Source: an uncultured delta proteobacterium (GTDB lineage Bacteria > Desulfobacterota > Desulfuromonadia > Desulfuromonadales > JACZKF01). From it: a stretch of 64,000 nt of DNA. Within the stretch, counting starts at the first letter, position 1. Every line of letters starts with the position of its first letter. The position numbers and the translations under genes are program-made. The stretch covers positions 1 through 64,000 of the forward strand of contig CAWFKQ010000015.1 of NCBI GenBank assembly GCA_963816395.1, written 5' to 3'. The notes below the pieces were generated by a model that had not been told where the DNA came from, did not search any database, and saw nothing but the letters and a program-made list of their open reading frames with translations. Positions 52,211 through 63,161 of this stretch are shown here, piece by piece.

Positions 52211-52594
52211 CTAATGCCTGGTGCGCGACTCGAACAGGGGTGCGAAATCCTTCGGCAGCTGCGAGCGAACATCCTTGATCTCGCCGGCCGTGACTGAATC
52301 GCAGAGGACGGAGATTACCGCCCGCGCATGCTTGGCCGCCTGATCCGCGCCGATCCCTTCTTCCTCGCCGATCCGTTCGAAAAACTCCTCGACGTCGAAC
52401 TTCCTGCTGATCCCGGATTCCAGAAGATAGGGCTGTAATTCCTGGGGCAACTGGGCGGCCAGATCGTTCCGCTCGCCGCCGAACAGGCGCTCGCCAAGCA
52501 CCGACAAGGTGGCGTGGGTAGCGTTGATTGCCTGATCACGAGAGGGGATGCCGGCACGATCCATGACCTGCTTGATGAATTCGTCGGCTTTCAT
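52211..52594 (-). CDS. DUF2267-family protein
   Basis: ATLSVLGERL...LAAQLP...HARAV...SQLPKDF. Confidence 0.8.
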   Translation of the reverse strand: MKADEFIKQVMDRAGIPSRDQAINATHATLSVLGERLFGGERNDLAAQLPQELQPYLLESGISRKFDVEEFFERIGEEEGIGADQAAKHARAVISVLCDSVTAGEIKDVRSQLPKDFAPLFESRTRH

Positions 52595-52804
52595 GGCGTA
52601 CTCCTTTAATCTCTCCAGATCCGGCCGGCCCCGTTCAGGGGCAGCACGGGCCGGAATTTCTAAAAAGTTCCGGAGTTTACCTTTGCTTACCCGTTATTCA
52701 TCTTTTAACACAGGTGACCGCGAAGGCAAGTCGATCTGCCGAAGGGAAGTTGCTTCCCGCGCCCGAGCGGGCCGATTCAGCAGCATTTGATCCTGCTTTT
52801 CCCT

Positions 52805-53741
52805 CTAGCCGCTAGCCGTGATTTTCCCGAACAGCTTCTCCACATCCTCCTTCCGGCAGAGCTCGGTCCCCGGGGTCAGGACGGCGGCGGTGCCGGCCGC
52901 CAGCCCGTAGCGGAACGCCTCCTCCAGAGGGCGGTCATTGGCCAGGGCAAAGGTCATGGCGCCGAGAAAACTGTCGCCGGCGCCGACCGCGCTCACCACT
53001 TCCACCTCGGGCGGCCGCAGGCGCTGCTGCCGGTCCCGGGTGGTCAGCAGCGCCCCTCTGGCCCCGAGGGTCAGGGCGATCGCCTCACACTTCTTCTGCG
53101 CCACCAGTTCGGCACAGGCCGCTTCTTCGGCGGCCGGCTCGGCCAGCTCGCGTGCCGGTCGCCTCCTCCAGCTCATGCCGGTTTGGCTTGATCAGGAAGA
53201 TCCCCTCGGCCATGGCGGCCCGCAGCGGCTGGCCGGAAGTGTCGAGAATAAAGCGGGCGCCGACCCTTTTCGCCACCTTCGCGGCCCGGGCATAGAAATC
53301 CACCGGGACGCCCGGGGGAAGACTGCCGCTGGCGACGATGTAGGCCGGCATGGGAGTGAATAACCCGAGCATATCCAGGCACTGCTGCCACTCCCCGCGG
53401 CGGATTGTCGGTCCCGGGAAGACGAAGCGGAACTGCCGGCCGGCGGCAGTCTCGGTGATGGTGAAGCTCTCCCGCGTCAGCTTTTCGATTTCGATCCGCC
53501 GGCCCTCGATCTTTTCCCGCCGCACCATCTTGTGCAGCAGCTGACCGGTGGCGCCGCCGGCGATGTAAAGAGCCATGGCGGTGCCGCCCAGGCGATGGAT
53601 CACCCGGGCGACGTTGATGCCGCCGCCTCCCGGATCGCGGTTCGGCTCCTCGCAGCGCAGCTTGCGCCTGGGGACAACCTCCTCCAGCGTGGACGAGACA
53701 TCGATGGTCGGATTCATGGTCAAGGTGGCAACGGGTTTCAT
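52805..53741 (-). CDS. PfkB-family hexose kinase (1-phosphofructokinase-like), frameshift near 53155
   Basis: TLTMNPTID, PGGGGINVAR, SGSLPPG, IKPN, SAVGAGDS. Confidence 0.88.
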
Positions 53742-53744
53742 CGT

Positions 53745-53890
53745 TCAAGTCCAATCAAGTCAAGGTTGGCGGCCCAAAGCCCCAAGGTTTGCAGATCAAG
53801 GTGCGCGGTACGCGGTATGCGGTTCGCGGTAAATCCAACCCTTCCTTCTTCTCGCGGGCCGCGGGCCGCGAGCCGCGGCCCTCGCACCGG
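53745..53890. repeat. Heptamer arrays (GCGGTAC / GCCGCGG) with partial complementarity
   Basis: ggtgcgcggtacgcggtatgcggttcgcgg ... cgcgggccgcgggccgcgagccgcggccctcgcacc. Confidence 0.7.
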
Positions 53891-53899
53891 CCCCTGTCC

Positions 53900-56065
53900 C
53901 TACTTCACCACCACCACCTCCACCGCTCCTTCGCGGCGCAGGACGTTGATCGCCACGTCATTGGCGTAGCGGCGGAACGACAGGTCCAGGCTGGCTCCGC
54001 CCACCCGCAGCTGGCGGATCCATACTTCCTCAAGGAAGGAGGGGAGGGCGGGATAGCGGAACTGGACCAGCTTCTGGCGGGCATCGATGTGCAGCCCCAG
54101 GCAGGCCTGCAGGAGGAGGAAGACGGCGCCGGAGGCCCAGGCCTGGGGGGCACAGGAGAGGGGATAGAGGATCGGGCCGAGGCCGGGACGCCAGCGGAAA
54201 CCGCAGAACAGCTCGGGCAGGCGGTGCAGGTCCATGGCGATGGAGGTCTGGAACAGCCCTTCCATCACCCGCAGGGCCTGGCCGGTCAGGCCGTAGCGGG
54301 CCAGGCCGAAGGCGATCAGGGCATTGTCGTGCGGCCAGATCGAACCGTTGTGGTAGGCCATCGGATTGTAACGCACTTCGCCGGATGCCAGGGTGCGGAT
54401 GCCCCAGCCGGAGAAGAGCGCTTCGGAGAGCAGGGTGTCGGCCAGGCGCCGGGCGTGCTCGCGCGAGCTGATCCCGGAGAAGAGGCAGTGGCCGGGGTTG
54501 GAGGTCCGCACCCGGCAGGGGCGCTTGTGGCCGTCGAGGGCCAGGGCGTAGCTGCCCAGTTCCTCGCACCAGAAATCCTTGGCGAAGCGCTCGCGCAGCG
54601 TCGCCGCCTTCTGGCGCAGCTCGCCGGCCAGGGCCGTCTCCCCCAGGGCCTCGGCCAGCATCGCCGCCCGCCCTCTGGCGTCATAGGCATAGCCCTGCAC
54701 CTCGCACAGGGCAATCGGCCCTTCCGCCAGGGTGCCGTCGGCATGGAAAACCGAATCCGAGGAGTCCTTCCACCCCTGCTGCACCAGCCCCTTGGAGGAG
54801 TGGCGGGCGTATTCCAGGTAGCCGTCGCCGTCGGCGTCGCCGTGATGGTCCATCCATTCCAGGGCGCGGCGGACGTTCGGCCAGATCGATTCGACAAAGG
54901 CCTGGTCGCCGGTGCGCTCAAAGTAGGCTCCGGCCAGACAGACGAACAGCGGGGTGACATCGACGCTGCCGTAATAACGGCCGAAGGGGATCTCGCCGAG
55001 GGCGGCCATTTCCCCCCGGCGGGTCTCGTGCAGGATTTTCCCCGGTTCCGCATCCTGCTCCTCGTTGACCTCCGCCGCCTGGTTGTGGGCGAGAAAGGAA
55101 AGCACCCCCCGGGCCACCTGCGGGTTGACCCAGAGCAGCTCGAAGGCGGTGATGATGCCATCGCGGCCGAAGGCGGTGCTGAACCAGGGAACCCCGGCAT
55201 ACGGGTAAAGTCCCTGCGGGGTGCGGGTGAGCATCATCTGCAGGTCGGCCATGGAGCGGTTCACCCAGACATTGAACTGCTCATTGCCGGAGGCGATCAG
55301 GCAGTTCTGCGCGCGCAGCGCCTCCAGTTCCCTTTTTGCCTCGGCGAAGGCGCTCTTGTAGGAGCCCGTGGCCGGTTCGCATTCTTCGCATTCGCAGCTG
55401 GTGGTGATGCTGATGCGGGTTTCCTCGTCCGGCTCCAGGCACAGCCGGTAACGCACCCGCGAGGCGGCGACCTCCACCGGCTCCGGCGAGAAGGCGAGGC
55501 GGGTGCGACGAACCTTCCCGTCCAGCCCCTGGTAGGAGAGAACGACGGCGGCGGCGGTGACGGCGTCCTCCAGTCGTCGCCCCCTCTCCTTGCGCTTGGT
55601 GCCCCGGACCTCGAAGATATCGGCGTAATCGGCATCGAAACTGATGATCAGCGGGACGCAGACTTGGTGCAGGCTGAAATTGGTGATCCGCAGCTGTTCG
55701 AAGCAGCTCCCCTGCCAGAGGAACTTGGAACGGAAGATGTGGATCGAATCGCGATGCACCTGATTGCCGTCCTCATCCTCCAGATCGGGGTTCATCAGGT
55801 CGACCGCCAGCAGCTCGTTGTGCTCGTTGACGTTGGAGCCGAGCAGCAGCGGGCGCGAAGAGCCGAGACGCAGCTCCAGGCTGGAAAGATAGCGGGTCCC
55901 CTCGTGATAGATCCCCTCTTCGCCAACCCCCAGGGTGAGGATGTCGCCGCGCACATCGAAGACGGCGAAAGTCTCCCCCTGTTTCAACACCCGGCTGAGG
56001 TCGGAAGCGAGGGACGAGGTAGCCAGGATGTAATACTGATCGTTGACTTCGATGACTTCCTGCAT
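53900..56065 (-). CDS. Amylo-alpha-1,6-glucosidase / glycogen-debranching family protein
   Basis: YAGVPWFSTAFGRD, EPGKILHE, QGWKDS, YHNGSIWPHDN, PQAW. Confidence 0.92.
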   Translation of the reverse strand: MQEVIEVNDQYYILATSSLASDLSRVLKQGETFAVFDVRGDILTLGVGEEGIYHEGTRYLSSLELRLGSSRPLLLGSNVNEHNELLAVDLMNPDLEDEDGNQVHRDSIHIFRSKFLWQGSCFEQLRITNFSLHQVCVPLIISFDADYADIFEVRGTKRKERGRRLEDAVTAAAVVLSYQGLDGKVRRTRLAFSPEPVEVAASRVRYRLCLEPDEETRISITTSCECEECEPATGSYKSAFAEAKRELEALRAQNCLIASGNEQFNVWVNRSMADLQMMLTRTPQGLYPYAGVPWFSTAFGRDGIITAFELLWVNPQVARGVLSFLAHNQAAEVNEEQDAEPGKILHETRRGEMAALGEIPFGRYYGSVDVTPLFVCLAGAYFERTGDQAFVESIWPNVRRALEWMDHHGDADGDGYLEYARHSSKGLVQQGWKDSSDSVFHADGTLAEGPIALCEVQGYAYDARGRAAMLAEALGETALAGELRQKAATLRERFAKDFWCEELGSYALALDGHKRPCRVRTSNPGHCLFSGISSREHARRLADTLLSEALFSGWGIRTLASGEVRYNPMAYHNGSIWPHDNALIAFGLARYGLTGQALRVMEGLFQTSIAMDLHRLPELFCGFRWRPGLGPILYPLSCAPQAWASGAVFLLLQACLGLHIDARQKLVQFRYPALPSFLEEVWIRQLRVGGASLDLSFRRYANDVAINVLRREGAVEVVVVK

Positions 56066-56083
56066 CGACGCTCTCCCTTCAGC

Positions 56084-56230
56084 CAGGCTGATGAAAAACG
56101 CCCATCTGCGGCGTTGCCCTCATCCTTCGTCAACGACGTACCTTCGGTACGCCTTATTCCTCAGGATCTCAGGCGCCTTGCATCTGGGCATTTTTGCTCA
56201 GCCTGAGGAAATCGACTTTTTCAAAAACCT
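56084..56230 (+). repeat. ~120-bp MITE-like palindromic repeat with tail
   Basis: caggctgatgaaaaacgcc...gtaccttcggtac...ggcatttttgctcagcctg. Confidence 0.9.
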
Positions 56231-56236
56231 GCGGAC

Positions 56237-57298
56237 TCAGTTGGCCACCAGCTTGGCCGGCCGTCCGCCGGCGGAGCCGAGCAGGCGCTGGTAAACCGCC
56301 AGGTAATCCTCGGCCATGCGGCGGGCGGTAAAGTGCTCTTCGAAGTACCGGCGGCAGACCCGCCCGGCTCAGGTGCGCCAGCCGGGATACCGCCTGCACC
56401 GCCCCTTCCACGTCATCGACGATGAAACCGGAGACCCCGTCCCGCATCACTTCCGGCACGGAGCCGCGGCGCCAGGCGATCACCGGCGTGCCGCAGGCCA
56501 TCGCCTCGATCATCACCAGGCCGAACGGCTCTTCCCAGTCGATGGGGAAGAGCAGGGCCATGGCCCGGCCGAGGAATTCGGCCTTGTCGCGATCGCCGAT
56601 CTCTCCGAGATAGTCTACCAGAGGATTGTCGAGCAGGGGGCGGATGGCCGTCTCGAAATACTCGCGGTCCACCTTGTCCACCTTGGCGGCGATCTTCAAC
56701 GGCAGGTGGCTCCGAATGGCGATCTCGATCGCCCGGTCGAGGCGCTTTTCCGGCGAGATGCGGCCGAGAAAGGCCAGGTAGCTGCCGGGTTCGGGATGGA
56801 AAGTGAGGAGATGGTCCGGCAGCCCGTGATGAACGGTGCCCACCCAGTTGGCCCAGGGCAGGGGTTCGGTCTGGGCCCGGGAGATCGAGACCACCGGCAT
56901 CTCCCGGTATTCCTGATAGAGCGGCACCAGGTCGGGCAGGTCCAGGCGGCCGTGCAGGGTGGTGAGGTGGGGAAAGCCGTGGCGCCGTGAAAGGGGGAAG
57001 TGCAGATAGTCGACATGGAAGTGCAGGATGTCGAACTCGCCGGCCGAGGCGAAAGGCCTTCTCCAGCAGGAGAAGATGATGGGCCAGCTGGTCGCGGCAA
57101 CGATCATCGAGACGCAGCGCCCGGGCGCCCTGGGCAGCAGAGGCGCGCCCGGGTGACCGAGTCCCCGCTGGCGAACAGGGTCACTTCATGGCCCAGGGCG
57201 ACCAGCTCCTCGGTCAGGTAGGAAACGACACGCTCGGTGCCGCCGTAGAACTTAGGCGGAACGCTTTCGAAAAGGGGCGCAATCTGGGCGATCTTCAT
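56237..57298 (-). CDS. Glycosyltransferase family 4, frameshifted
   Basis: MKIAQIAP...YGGTERVV, GRISPEK, EPFGLVMIEAMACG. Confidence 0.88.
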
Positions 57299-57638
57299 GG
57301 CCGTTCACCCTTTCCAATCCCGGCGGTCGGGCCGGCCGGGCACTGGGAGAACGATCAGGTGTGTGCAGCGGTCATTTGGCATCTGATAACCTCCACTGGC
57401 GCAATAATGGCTTCAGCTTACCGCGCGCAGGAACAAATTCAAGAACCGTAATTATAATGAAAACCTCGCATAAACAGATACATAGAGGTATTTTTGTCGA
57501 CGATGCTTGACAAATATAACCGACGCAGTTATAAATACAGTCAAGACGAAACTCCTTTTGCCTCCTTTTTGGCGCATCTGTTCTACCTCCTGACAGATGC
57601 GCCTTTCTTTTGCCCGCCGCCCGCTCCTCCCATAAAGA

Positions 57639-57742
57639 AAATGAATATCAGTTTTCAATTTTTTCTTGACCGCGCCCAGTCGTCTGCTTATATTGACTTC
57701 TGTTTTCATTTTCATATTTACATGAAAGTCCGATTCCTCAAT
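57639..57742 (+). promoter_or_regulatory. feo promoter with Fur-box-like sites
   Basis: TTGACC-17-TATATT (57666..57694); aaatgaatatcagttttcaatt and other TGAA..TTCA palindromes. Confidence 0.65.
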
Positions 57743-57753
57743 AAAAAAGGAGA

Positions 57754-58089
57754 ATGCAGGGCATGTTACCGCTCGGATTGCTGAGCCCCGGCGAGAACGG
57801 GGAAATCATCGAGGTCAGAACCCGCCACTGCCATGCTGACGGCCAATGCCAATGCGGAGAGTCGCGCAAGAGCGATTTCCGGATCGAGGACATGGGGCTG
57901 CGGATCGGCAGGACGGTGGAAATGCTCAACAACGGCAGCCCGATCCTGCTCAGGGTAGGCGAATCGCGGATCGCCGTCGACCGCGGACTGGCGATGAAGA
58001 TCATGGTGCGCCAGTGGGACGTGATGAAGGCGCACGCGCGCGGCGATGCACGTGACCAGCATTTCAGCGACGACGTGATGACGCACTAA
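57754..58089 (+). CDS. feoA: FeoA-family protein
   Basis: [10 protein letters not shown]...DMGLRIG...[15 protein letters not shown]. Confidence 0.85.
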   Translation: MQGMLPLGLLSPGENGEIIEVRTRHCHADGQCQCGESRKSDFRIEDMGLRIGRTVEMLNNGSPILLRVGESRIAVDRGLAMKIMVRQWDVMKAHARGDARDQHFSDDVMTH

Positions 58090-58170
58090 TACAGAATTCC
58101 AAGCCTAAGCCTTGCTACTCTCGCTTCTTGCTAGCCACAGCTGATTCACAGGAAGTGATGGAGGTAAGAG

Positions 58171-58398
58171 ATGAATCTGGCGAAGCTCAAACCCGGGGAA
58201 AAGGGGAAAATTACATCCATCGGCGCGATCGGCCCGCTGAAAAGAAGGCTGATGGACATGGGGATCCTGGTGGGGGAAGAGGTCAAGGTGGTGAAGGTCG
58301 CCCCGCTGGGGGATCCCATCGAGGTGACCGTCAAGAGCTATCAGCTCTCGCTGCGCAAGAGGGAAGCCGAAGGAATCGCCGTGGAGGTGCTGCAATGA
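58171..58398 (+). CDS. feoA: FeoA
   Basis: [23 protein letters not shown]. Confidence 0.93.
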   Translation: MNLAKLKPGEKGKITSIGAIGPLKRRLMDMGILVGEEVKVVKVAPLGDPIEVTVKSYQLSLRKREAEGIAVEVLQ

Positions 58399-60638
58399 GT
58401 GCCGAGCTGAAGAGGCGGCAGGCGGAAGAAGCGAGGCCCGGCAAGCCGGCGCTGCAGCCGGTGGAGAAACGGGTCATCACCGTGGCGGTGGCCGGCAACC
58501 CCAACGCCGGCAAGTCGACCCTGATCAACGCCATCGCCGGTTCCCGCCTCCACGTCGGCAACTGGCCGGGGGTGACGGTGGAAAAGAAGGAGGCGCAGTT
58601 TGAGTTCGAGGGGCGCCGAATCCGCCTGGTCGATCTCCCCGGCACCTACTCCCTCTCCCCCTACACCCAGGAGGAGATCATCGCCCGCGACTACCTGGTC
58701 CATGCCAAGCCGGACCTGGTGATCAACGTGGTCGACGCCACCAACCTGGAGCGCAACCTCTATCTCACCATGCAGCTGCTGGAACTGGGGCTGCCGGTGG
58801 TTATGGCCCTCAACATCTTCGACGAGGCCGAGGCCAAGGGATACCGGATCGATCTCAAGGGGATCGAGAAGATGCTTGGGGTCACCGTGGTGCCGACGGC
58901 GGCGACCAAGAAACCGGGGGACCAAGGAGCTGCTCGAAGCGGCGCTGCGCGACGCAGGCGATCCCGCCTCCCACCGGCCGAAGGAGCTCAGCTACGGCGA
59001 GGATATCGAGAAGGCGATCGAGAGCGTCTCGGCGGTCCTCAGGGAAAAGCCACCCGGTGCCGGCCGGCAACTACCCTCTGCGCTGGCTGGCCTGCAAGCT
59101 TGTGGAGGGGGACGCCGAGGTCGCGAAGGAGGTGAACATCGGCCCCGGCGATCTGGCGTCCGAGCCGCTCAGCCACCTGCGAGGCGCCCACGACGGGGAT
59201 ATCGAGTCGCTGATGGCGGATGCCCGCTACGGGCTCGCCACCGGGCTGACCCGGGAGGTGCTGCAGAAGCCCGACGCTGCGCAAGGTGGAAATGACCGAG
59301 AAGATCGACCGCATCGTCCTCAACCGCTTCCTCGGCATTCCCATCTTCCTGGCCGCCATGTGGCTCGTCTTCAAGCTCACCTTCGACATCTCGGCCCCCT
59401 TCGGCGACTGGATCGACAGCATGGCCAACGGCCCCTTCAAGCACTGGGCGACGGCGCTGCTCGGGGCGCTGTACGCTCCGGCCTGGACGGTATCGCTGGT
59501 CAACGACGGCATCATCGCCGGGGTCGGCTTCGTCCTGGTCTTCGTCCCGGTCATTTTCGCCATGATGTTCTTCATCACCTTCCTCGAGGGGAGCGGCTAC
59601 ATGGCGCGGGCGGCCTTCGTCATGGACCGGGCCATGCACGCCATCGGTCTGCACGGCAAGTCTTTCATCCCCATGCTCCTGGGTTTCGGCTGCAACGTCC
59701 CGGGGATCTACGCCACCCGCACCCTGGAGAATCCCCGCGACAAGGCGCTCACCGCCCTGCTCATCCCGCTCATGTCCTGCGGGGCGCGCCTGCCGGTCTA
59801 CGTCCTGTTCGTCGGGGTCTTCTTCGCCCGGCATGCCGGCACCGTCATCTGGTCCCTCTATGTCCTCGGCATGCTGCTGGCCATCGGTATGGGACTGCTC
59901 TTCAAAAAGACCTTCTTTCGCGGCGAAGCGCCGATGTTCATCATGGAGCTCCCCCCCTACCGGCTGCCCTCCTTCAAGAGCCTGTGTCTGCACACCTGGG
60001 AGAAGGGCAAGCACTTCCTGGTCAAGGCCGGGACCTACATCCTCGCCGTCTCGATCCTCGTCTGGTTCCTGATCAATCTCCCCTGGGGGGTGCAGAACCG
60101 GCACGACTCCTACCTGGGCCAGGCCGGCCAGGCCATCGCGCCGGTCTTCGAACCGCTCGGCTTCGGCACCTGGGAGGCCGCCTCCTCGCTGATCACCGGG
60201 GTGATCGCCAAGGAGATCGTGGTCGGCACCATGGGCGAGATCTACGCCCCGCAGAGCGGTGCGGAGCCCGACCAGGCTCCCGCCCCATCCCTCGGCGCCG
60301 ACCTGCAGGAGATCGGCACCTCCTTCGTCGGCGCGGTGAAGGAGTCCGCCGCCAACGTGACCTCCACCTTCGGCATCGCCAGCCTCTCCTTCGGTGGCGA
60401 AGAGGGGAGTTCTTCCCTGACGGCGGCGGTCCGGCAGAACTTCACCCCCCTGACCGCCTTCGCCTTCATGGTCTTCGTCCTGCTCTACATGCCCTGCATG
60501 GTGGTCGCCATCGCCATGCGCCAGGAGTTCGGTTCCTGGAAGTGGGTCGGGGTGTCTTTTCTCTACCAGACGGCGCTGGCCTGGAGCATGGCATTGATCG
60601 TTTACCAGGGGGGATGCCTCCTGGGATTGGGAGGTTGA
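58395..60638 (+). CDS. feoB: Ferrous iron transporter FeoB, several frameshifts
   Basis: [42 protein letters not shown]. Confidence 0.93.
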
Positions 60639-60639
60639 G

Positions 60640-60765
60640 ATGGGCGTTGCGGATATTCTCTGGATGGCGTTTTTCCTCGGCGGGGCCGGCTATCTTTTCT
60701 ACCGCTCCTTCTGGAAGAAAAAGGGGGGCTGCCATGGCTGCAGCGGCGGCTGCCCGAAGCACTGA
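60640..60765 (+). CDS. FeoB-associated Cys-rich membrane protein (41 aa, not in the ORF track)
   Basis: MGVADILWMAFFLGGAGYLFYRSFWKKKGGCHGCSGGCPKH; GGAGG SD. Confidence 0.8.
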   Translation: MGVADILWMAFFLGGAGYLFYRSFWKKKGGCHGCSGGCPKH

Positions 60766-60833
60766 GCCGGCGCGGCCGAAAGGAGAGCATGACGTGATAA
60801 GTATTCGAGATCTACGCTTAAATGGTTGAATGC

Positions 60834-62057
60834 ATGAAAATCAAGATGCTTTGTTGTGGTTTGTGTTGTGGCCTTTTCCTTGCTTTTTCGGCGGTGGCCG
60901 CCTGCGCCGACGAGGATCATCTGCTCGGCGACTGGGGCGGGATTCGAACTGCCCTGGAGCAAAAAGGGGTGGACGTCGAGGCGGTGCTGACCCTCGATGC
61001 GATGCAGAACCTGCACGGCGGCGCCAGAAGAGACGGCACCGTGCTGGGAAATTTCGACCTGACCTTCACGGTGGATACCGCCAGGGCCGGTTGGTGGGAG
61101 AACGGAACTTTTTTTCTCTATCTGCTCGACAACTTCAACGCCGGGGGAATGCTGACCGATATCGTCGGGGATACCCAGGGGACGAGCAATATCCAGGCGC
61201 CGCCGGCCCTCAAGATCTACGAGGCCTGGTATGAGCACCGGTTTTTCGACGGCCGGCTTTCGCTGCTGGCCGGCCTGCACGACTTCAACAGCGAATTCGA
61301 TGTGCTCGAATACGCTTCGACCTTCATCAACAGCTCTTTCGGCATCTCTCCCGACATTTCGCAGGTCGGGCCGTCGATCTTTCCCACCACCGCCTGGGCG
61401 CTGCGGGCGAGGGTGCAGCCGACGCGGAGCAGCTACCTGCTGGCGGCGGTTTACGACGGAATGCCGGGGGATCCCGGGCTGCCGCATGGTTCCCTGGGCT
61501 GGTCAAAGCAGGAGGGGGTCTTCGCGGCGCTGGAGGGGGGACTGAGCAGCGGCGAGGCCGGCGACGCCGATTATTTCAAACTCGGGGCGGGCGCCTGGCT
61601 TCATACCGCCAGGGTGGAGGATTTCTCCGGCCAACCTCACGACTCCAACCACGGCATCTACCTGATTGCCGAAAAGACGCTCTTCAGCGAGGGGGATGAT
61701 GGTCAGGGGCTGGGTGCCTTCCTCCAGTTCGGCCTGGCCGACCCGCACCGCAACCAGATCGGCAGCTACTGGGGCGCCGGGCTGCACTATACGGGACTGC
61801 TCCCCGGCCGCGGTCACGATGTGGCCGGCCTGGCGGTGGCCAGCGCCCGCAACAGCGACCACTACATCCGCTATATGGAAGCCGCCGCGGGGACCACCGT
61901 CGCGCGCGCCGAAACGGTGGTCGAAGCGACCTACCAGGCCGAGGTCCGGCCCTGGCTGACCATTCAGCCCGACGTGCAGTACATCATCAATCCAGGGACC
62001 GATCCCGCCCGGAAAAACGCCCTGGTGGTCGGCGCCCGCCTGGAGGTTTCCTTCTGA
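60834..62057 (+). CDS. OprB-family porin
   Basis: Signal peptide, LLGDWGGIRTAL, FINSSFG, IQPDVQYIINPG, terminal Phe. Confidence 0.88.
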   Translation: MKIKMLCCGLCCGLFLAFSAVAACADEDHLLGDWGGIRTALEQKGVDVEAVLTLDAMQNLHGGARRDGTVLGNFDLTFTVDTARAGWWENGTFFLYLLDNFNAGGMLTDIVGDTQGTSNIQAPPALKIYEAWYEHRFFDGRLSLLAGLHDFNSEFDVLEYASTFINSSFGISPDISQVGPSIFPTTAWALRARVQPTRSSYLLAAVYDGMPGDPGLPHGSLGWSKQEGVFAALEGGLSSGEAGDADYFKLGAGAWLHTARVEDFSGQPHDSNHGIYLIAEKTLFSEGDDGQGLGAFLQFGLADPHRNQIGSYWGAGLHYTGLLPGRGHDVAGLAVASARNSDHYIRYMEAAAGTTVARAETVVEATYQAEVRPWLTIQPDVQYIINPGTDPARKNALVVGARLEVSF

Positions 62058-62205
62058 AAGGGGCGGCTAGTGCGGGCTCCGCCGCCCTGTCCATTTCCGA
62101 AATCGGCATTCCGGCACGAACTTCCGGGGTTTCGTACATAGATGAGTTTAATTAGCTTGACTGAGAAAAAAATGCATGATAATTTTCCGCCCAATTGATG
62201 TTATT

Positions 62206-62243
62206 GGGACGCACTTCCCCCTCCTGTGCGTCCCGTTTTTTTT
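62206..62243 (+). terminator. Intrinsic terminator upstream of the PHP gene
   Basis: gggacgcac-ttccccctcct-gtgcgtccc then g and T8. Confidence 0.75.
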
Positions 62244-62291
62244 GCCCGCCGCGCTCTCCTCATCCCCCTTGATTTACGCTAAGATTAAAAA

Positions 62292-63161
62292 ATGAACCGT
62301 CTCGTTGATCTGCACCTGCACAGCACCTGCTCCGACGGGGTTCATCCGCCGGCGGAGATCGTTCGCCTGGCCGCCCGGGCCGGGCTGGCAGCTATCGCCC
62401 TCTGCGACCACGACAACATCGACGGCATCGAGGCGGCGATGGCCGCTGGCCGCGAGCAGGGAGTGGAGGTCATCGCGGGGGTCGAGCTGTCGGTCATCTG
62501 GGAAAACATCGAGGATGTTCACCTGCTCGGCTACGGTTTCGACCATCACCATGGCGAACTGCAGCGGGCCCTCGGCGAATTCCGGGAATTCCGCGCCAGG
62601 CGCAACGAGATGATCCTGGCCCGGGTCAACGGGAGACTGCAGGAGGAAGGGAAGACGCCGATTCCCCTGGACGATATTCTGGCCAAAGCGGGCGGTACCC
62701 TCGGCCGTCCGCATATCGCCATGGCCCTGATCGAGCGGCGTTACGTGCGCAACAGCGAGGAAGCTTTCCAGCGCTACCTGGTGCCCTGCAACGTCGCCAA
62801 ACGCTACTTCCCCGTCGCCGAAGCGATCGACCTGGTACACCGGGCCGGCGGCATCACCGTCCTTGCCCACCCCCCGTTCATCACCCGCGACCGGCAGCTG
62901 TTCCTGCGCCTGCTCGATGCCCTGGCGGGCCTTGGCTTGGAGGGGGTCGAAGCCTGGAACAGCGGGGCGACCAACGAGGAAATCGACTGGCATCTCACCC
63001 AGGCCAGGCGGCGGTCACTGATTGTCACCGGCGGATCCGACTACCACGGCATCGAGGGAGGGGATATCGTCATCGGCGGCGGCCGGGGGAATCTGAAGAT
63101 CCCCTATTCCTGCCTGGAGGAGATTCGGCAGGCGCTGGCTGCACGGACGGGGGAGAGGTGA
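62292..63161 (+). CDS. PHP-domain phosphoesterase
   Basis: DLHLHSTCSDG, CDHD, GVELS, AHP, GGSDYHG. Confidence 0.9.
   Translation: MNRLVDLHLHSTCSDGVHPPAEIVRLAARAGLAAIALCDHDNIDGIEAAMAAGREQGVEVIAGVELSVIWENIEDVHLLGYGFDHHHGELQRALGEFREFRARRNEMILARVNGRLQEEGKTPIPLDDILAKAGGTLGRPHIAMALIERRYVRNSEEAFQRYLVPCNVAKRYFPVAEAIDLVHRAGGITVLAHPPFITRDRQLFLRLLDALAGLGLEGVEAWNSGATNEEIDWHLTQARRRSLIVTGGSDYHGIEGGDIVIGGGRGNLKIPYSCLEEIRQALAARTGER

Noticed and set aside
934..60638. Many split genes as true pseudogenes or programmed frameshifts
   Set aside because: Scattered single-base indels, often at homopolymers, in otherwise intact conserved genes; sequencing error is more parsimonious
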